Below, piece after piece: positions 59,692 to 64,000 of a stretch of DNA of 64,000 bases. Every line of letters begins with the position of its first letter. Positions within the stretch are counted from its first letter, which is position 1. The stretch is from positions 160,001 to 224,000 of the IMG/VR virus record IMGVR_UViG_2974506496_000001; one strand, given 5' to 3'. Under the pieces are notes generated by a model. It was not told the origin of the DNA, made no database searches, and was given only the letters and a program-made list of their open reading frames with translations. Source of the DNA: a virus. Its lineage: Duplodnaviria > Caudoviricetes. A program made the position numbers and the translations under genes.

Positions 59692-60998
59692 ATATTCGCG
59701 ACTATTTAATCATGGCCTTTCGGGCAGGGGCTTACAAGCAACGCCAGTGGGTGTTGAGTGTCATGAGTATCACCCAGACCCCGGATGGTAAATCCGTAGC
59801 AGACAGTATGATCCCGTATCAGGCACACCGCATCAACATCGGCGCGACCCTCGATTGGGCTTACTGGGACGACTTCAACAAAACCTTTGTGCCGATTGAG
59901 GGAGTGGATGTTAACTTCCCGTTGTTTCGACCCGAGGATCAATACACACTACAACCTGGGGATTTTGCCAATGTCACTGAAGAAGTTACTACTACTTTCG
60001 GCCGTATTCTGGCTAACCATTATTATTTTATCGATGTGGTCGGTGAACGTGTCCCATTTCAGAACGTAGAATTCAACCGTGGGATGTTGGAGAAGATCTA
60101 CAAGGCCCGGGTATTAGAAGACGCCCAGGACTTGCGGCGTTCTGATCCGTTCTACCTGACCGTCGATGAATTCAAACGCTCAGTGGATAATGGCTTTGCC
60201 TTGGGTGGGTTGTCGAAACTTTGTGTACCGACTGCTTGTCCGGAAACCATGTATCCGCCGAAGTTCATCATCGAGATGCGTGACCGTCTGTTTGAAGAAC
60301 ACAAGGATGAGCTCAACAACCCGGTGGTCATGGGGCGTATTCAGGATGAGCTGTTAAAGCACTATCGTGAGTTCCTGATGTCCACCCCGTCAGCCAAGTT
60401 CTTTGTGATCAAGAAGACCATCGACCAGGCCTTCAACAACATGTTCCTGACCGGTGGTATTGCGGGGGCTTTTGGTGGTAACACTGTTATTACCAACTCG
60501 CTGTACGAAGGCTGGAACCTGAAGAACTTCCCGGCGTTAGTGAATGGCTCTATCGAAGCTTCCTTTGACCGCGGTGCGGCTACAGCCGATGGCGGCGAGA
60601 AAGTGAAGATGTTGATCCGTGCCACGCAGAACATCCGTATCACCGATGATGATTGCGGCACCCAGCTCGGGGTACCGTGGGTGATTGAAGATGCCGGCAA
60701 GGCACGCTTCATTAACTCTTACATACTGGATAAGGGTGTGACGATTCTGTTAACTCCGGAGAACATTGATAAGTTCGTCGGTAAGCCGGTCATGACCCGT
60801 TCACCCAGCTTCTGTAAGAAATCCCATGGCGACTCCTGTAAGTTCTGCGTCGGTGCGCATAACGCCACCAACCCACGCGGGATGTCTTCCGGTACCTCGA
60901 AGATCGGTTCTACCCTGATGTTGTTATCGATGAAAGCGATGCATAAAGGCAGTAAGATCGATCTGATCGAGTATAACCTTGATGAGGTCTTTAACTGA
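59688..60998 (+). CDS. virion RNA polymerase beta-prime fragment (phiKZ gp80-like)
   Basis: RGAATADGG (bridge-helix-like), DDCGT, RSPSFC...CKFCVG, MKAMH. Confidence 0.8.
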   Translation: MNIRDYLIMAFRAGAYKQRQWVLSVMSITQTPDGKSVADSMIPYQAHRINIGATLDWAYWDDFNKTFVPIEGVDVNFPLFRPEDQYTLQPGDFANVTEEVTTTFGRILANHYYFIDVVGERVPFQNVEFNRGMLEKIYKARVLEDAQDLRRSDPFYLTVDEFKRSVDNGFALGGLSKLCVPTACPETMYPPKFIIEMRDRLFEEHKDELNNPVVMGRIQDELLKHYREFLMSTPSAKFFVIKKTIDQAFNNMFLTGGIAGAFGGNTVITNSLYEGWNLKNFPALVNGSIEASFDRGAATADGGEKVKMLIRATQNIRITDDDCGTQLGVPWVIEDAGKARFINSYILDKGVTILLTPENIDKFVGKPVMTRSPSFCKKSHGDSCKFCVGAHNATNPRGMSSGTSKIGSTLMLLSMKAMHKGSKIDLIEYNLDEVFN

Positions 60999-61052
60999 GG
61001 ATATCTGAAACCTACATTATAAGAGGGAGATAACTTTTATAAGGAACGTACC

Positions 61053-61769
61053 ATGTATGGTTTATTAATCCTCGCCTTGCCTCAGTCACCGTACGTCCAC
61101 ATGAGTGCGATGACTGCGGACAGGTTTACTGAACTGCTCCCACAACTCCAGAAAGAGCTCGATGCAGATATCTTTCCTAATGTGTGTTTCCAGGGTGCAT
61201 TCAATGTCAGTAATACCCGTACGGTCACTCAGCTGTTTATTCCGTGTAGCGGATTGGTGGCGGCGCGGGAGTTGGGGTATGAACAGATCCGCAATATTCT
61301 CGCCAACCCAGAGAAGGAAGTCCAGCATGTCACCAACATCGGTGATTGGCTGGGTATTCCTGGTAAGGTGATGTTTGATAATGCGGATGGATCTGTGGAT
61401 GAGGTCGTTGTGACTGACATGTACAAATATCTGGTACATGAAAGAAGAGAGCGCTCTGTCTTTCGGTTCAGTCCTATTGATCTTAGTATAACCGATACCG
61501 AACCATTACCAACTCACCTCTACCCACGTGATCATTTCTACGACCAGGTCTACCTCGACAAAGACGGCGAGCGTGCTTTCCTGTCTTACGGGTCGTGCGG
61601 TGAGGAAGGCTGTGTCATAGAACCCAGAGAAGAGAAACCCGTGCAAGTGTACGGCGTTACCTACTCGTCACTGGATGAAGTGGCCCGATGCTATAACCTG
61701 CCTGAGCAGTACGTGAAAGAACGCGTTGAGTCTGACAGCCTTGAATGGCTGGAGTGGTCATATTTGTAA
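61053..61769 (+). CDS. protein with C-terminal NUMOD1/IENR1-like HTH; possible decayed homing endonuclease
   Basis: KPVQVYGVTYSSLDEVAR.YNL. Confidence 0.5.
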   Translation: MYGLLILALPQSPYVHMSAMTADRFTELLPQLQKELDADIFPNVCFQGAFNVSNTRTVTQLFIPCSGLVAARELGYEQIRNILANPEKEVQHVTNIGDWLGIPGKVMFDNADGSVDEVVVTDMYKYLVHERRERSVFRFSPIDLSITDTEPLPTHLYPRDHFYDQVYLDKDGERAFLSYGSCGEEGCVIEPREEKPVQVYGVTYSSLDEVARCYNLPEQYVKERVESDSLEWLEWSYL

Positions 61770-61897
61770 AAGTATTTGGGGATGAGACGCAGAGCTGATT
61801 CCCATCTACGGTAAGTTGTTCAAGGAAGCAGCAAACCGGTTATAAAAAATGAAAGGGTTTTCGTAAGATAGTCAGTGCTCCGTACCCGAGACAATAC

Positions 61898-62095
61898 ATG
61901 ACCACAAACCCGCAGTTTATTTTCGTGGCTCAGAATTCTGATGCTACACACAGCGTAGAGAAACTGGAAGTAGGACGCGATACCGATACCCAGAAGAACC
62001 TCACGGAACTTCGTAAAGGTTTGCCGTTCGACTTCTCGTTTATCATGTCTGAAGAGGCGATCTATCAACTTCGACAGGCAGGGCACATCAACTAA
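61898..62095 (+). CDS. small hypothetical protein
   Basis: 65-aa ORF in operon. Confidence 0.5.
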   Translation: MTTNPQFIFVAQNSDATHSVEKLEVGRDTDTQKNLTELRKGLPFDFSFIMSEEAIYQLRQAGHIN

Positions 62096-62110
62096 ACTGC
62101 TGAGGTAGTC

Positions 62111-62563
62111 ATGACGAACAAATCGGAGATCTCACACGGTGGTGGTGATCAGCCTATGGAAAAAGAGCAAAGCAACTTATCCGTACTGGTGAACTACTCC
62201 ACAGGTGTGATGGAAGGTGACCGTTTTAATTACTCGGTTGCATTGGCGCTGTTGAAAGACGGCATCAAAGTGAAACGCGAAGACTGGAAGAACGCTTTCC
62301 TGGTGTTCGTCCCGGGTAGTCAGAATGTTGAACTGCCAAAAGGGTCGCCGTATGAAGTCGCACTCCACGGTAAGAAGTCCGTTGCCAATATTCGTCCGCA
62401 CATCGATCTGTACACGGAGTACGGTGAATTCGAAGTCGGTTGGACCGCCAACCAGGAAGACACCAACGCCGATGACTGGATGATTGTCTTAGACAAGAAC
62501 ACCAATCAAGACGACAGTGCCGACGAAGAGAAAGAGTCCTCAAACGACGACTCGAAGTCATAA
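62111..62563 (+). CDS. DUF2829 / Tad2-like anti-defence sponge protein
   Basis: F.YS.AL..LK.G.KV.R.DW...PHID......GW.A.Q.D..ADDW.IV pattern. Confidence 0.7.
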   Translation: MTNKSEISHGGGDQPMEKEQSNLSVLVNYSTGVMEGDRFNYSVALALLKDGIKVKREDWKNAFLVFVPGSQNVELPKGSPYEVALHGKKSVANIRPHIDLYTEYGEFEVGWTANQEDTNADDWMIVLDKNTNQDDSADEEKESSNDDSKS

Positions 62564-62612
62564 ACCCCAGGAGAGCTTCGGCTCTCCTTTTATGCCCATT
62601 AAGGAACATGTC

Positions 62613-62972
62613 ATGAGTGAAAAGAAAGCGTTTGAAGTGGTATTGGATAGCCGTCATGAACCGTACGAAGCTTACCAGTTATTAGTGGCGCGTATCAATA
62701 CGTTATTACGCACCGGTCAAGGCTACCATGAAGTGAAACTCACGAAGTGGCAGCTTTACGATAACGGTCTTCTTATCAAAGGAGATGATGATGTGCATAT
62801 CTCCTTGTTGCGTCATTTCTATTACGATAAGCAACGCAATACGTTTGGTGGTGGCTTCATGGCCTTTGAGATCCTGGAAGATTTGGGTCGTTACTACAAA
62901 GTGCACGATATCACAGAAGGGATGAGCGAGAACGTTGGCCTCGTCTTCACGATCACGGTAACCACACCATAA
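62613..62972 (+). CDS. tandem paralog family member 1
   Basis: AAGGA RBS; VKLTKWQLY..GLLIKGDD. Confidence 0.6.
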   Translation: MSEKKAFEVVLDSRHEPYEAYQLLVARINTLLRTGQGYHEVKLTKWQLYDNGLLIKGDDDVHISLLRHFYYDKQRNTFGGGFMAFEILEDLGRYYKVHDITEGMSENVGLVFTITVTTP

Positions 62973-62978
62973 GAGGTT

Positions 62979-63347
62979 GTGATGAAACCACTCTTCGCCA
63001 TGAAGTTCGATACCCGGGATGCGGGATTAGGGGATCAACTCGATCTCTTGCAATCACGGGTGAAGGCTTACTCTAAACACGGCACCATGATCAAGGATGT
63101 GGCGGTGACGGCCTGGGTGGTCTGTTCGGATAACATGCCAGTTGCCGGTGATGACCCTGCTTATGTCAGTATTATCCACCGTTACCGTTACGACATCGAA
63201 CAACAGTGTGTGGTCGGTGGGGTCAGTGCCATGGATGCTCTGCGTGAGATCTGGTCGGCGTATGGTCCTGACTCTACCCTCCCGCCGTTCAGCCGGATAC
63301 CCGGTGCTGTCGATATGCAATTTACCTTAACTGTGTTCACTATTTAA
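62979..63347 (+). CDS. tandem paralog family member 2
   Basis: VAVTAWVV...PVAGDD. Confidence 0.6.
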   Translation: MMKPLFAMKFDTRDAGLGDQLDLLQSRVKAYSKHGTMIKDVAVTAWVVCSDNMPVAGDDPAYVSIIHRYRYDIEQQCVVGGVSAMDALREIWSAYGPDSTLPPFSRIPGAVDMQFTLTVFTI

Positions 63348-63360
63348 AGGAGATACCCTC

Positions 63361-63753
63361 ATGGGAGTTTCTACTGCTGCTGCTCGTCGTTCTAAAGAAG
63401 GGGTGTTTACCCGGAGTATTGAAGTGCGTCACGATCACTGGAAACGCGATATCACTGATCTAGGACTGGATGTCCATAACCTGGTGCTGTGCAAGCAGGA
63501 GATCGTGTCCGTTACCGTCACGGCTTGGCGGGCGTATGATGAGTGCGGTGTATTGCGCGGTAGTGCCAAAGAGTTGAAGTTAGACATTACGGAATGGTTC
63601 CTCGGTGACAAAGGCCCGGTCATTAATGATGCGATCAAACCTCTCACGTTTGCCTTCATCATTAATCAACAACGCAGCCAACGCACGCCCTGGGTAAAAG
63701 ATGTCCGCTTAGGGCTTAACCTGTCCATTGTCTACAAGAGGATTCAGCAATAA
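63361..63753 (+). CDS. tandem paralog family member 3
   Basis: VTVTAWRAY...VLRGS. Confidence 0.6.
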   Translation: MGVSTAAARRSKEGVFTRSIEVRHDHWKRDITDLGLDVHNLVLCKQEIVSVTVTAWRAYDECGVLRGSAKELKLDITEWFLGDKGPVINDAIKPLTFAFIINQQRSQRTPWVKDVRLGLNLSIVYKRIQQ

Positions 63754-64000
63754 TGGAAATTGTCCACCAACTCGATCTTAGCCACGGCTGGGAACCCTTC
63801 AACCGCCTGAAAGCCGCCTTTGCCAAGAAACCCCCGGAGGCGATCCACATCACTGCCTGGGTCGCTCATGGTTATAAAGGAAACCTCATCGGCGATGAGC
63901 AAGTGGTGAAAGGGTCGTGCCAGGAGTGTCGGATTGATGTGACCCACATCTTCTTTCCCAGTCGGCCTGAGATCTTGATTGGTTTGTCGAGCTTCATTAA
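63753..64000 (+). CDS. tandem paralog family member 4 (runs off the window end)
   Basis: TAATG overlap; MEIVHQLD...IHITAWVAHGYKGNLIGDE. Confidence 0.55.
   Translation, partial: MEIVHQLDLSHGWEPFNRLKAAFAKKPPEAIHITAWVAHGYKGNLIGDEQVVKGSCQECRIDVTHIFFPSRPEILIGLSSFI

Overview
64 kb of a nucleus-forming jumbo phage (Chimalliviridae, phiKZ-related). The gene order from PhuZ through DNA polymerase and chimallin to nvRNAP matches my recollection of Erwinia phage RAY-like genomes, but that assignment is inference. The core block encodes PhuZ tubulin, a family B DNA polymerase, chimallin, four non-virion RNA polymerase subunits, an SbcD/Mre11-like nuclease, ChmC- and PicA-like nuclear-shell proteins, an SF2 helicase and a virion RNAP beta-prime fragment. 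Accessory regions carry tandem paralog arrays and a DUF2829/Tad2-like protein. The most unusual part is a ~4 kb mostly non-coding RNA island (about 4985-8950). It holds one true tRNA-Asn and a 217-aa coiled-coil gene followed directly by a ~440-nt RNA. That RNA is closed by a 15-bp long-range helix with a Y-RNA/Ro60-type GACGAAAG bulge, and contains a circularly permuted tRNA domain and twelve 6-9-nt UAAAG-like repeats. The island also has two tRNA-shaped RNAs lacking anticodon loops and a pseudoknotted type I hammerhead ribozyme. All family assignments were made by eye from motifs and synteny; no database searches were run.
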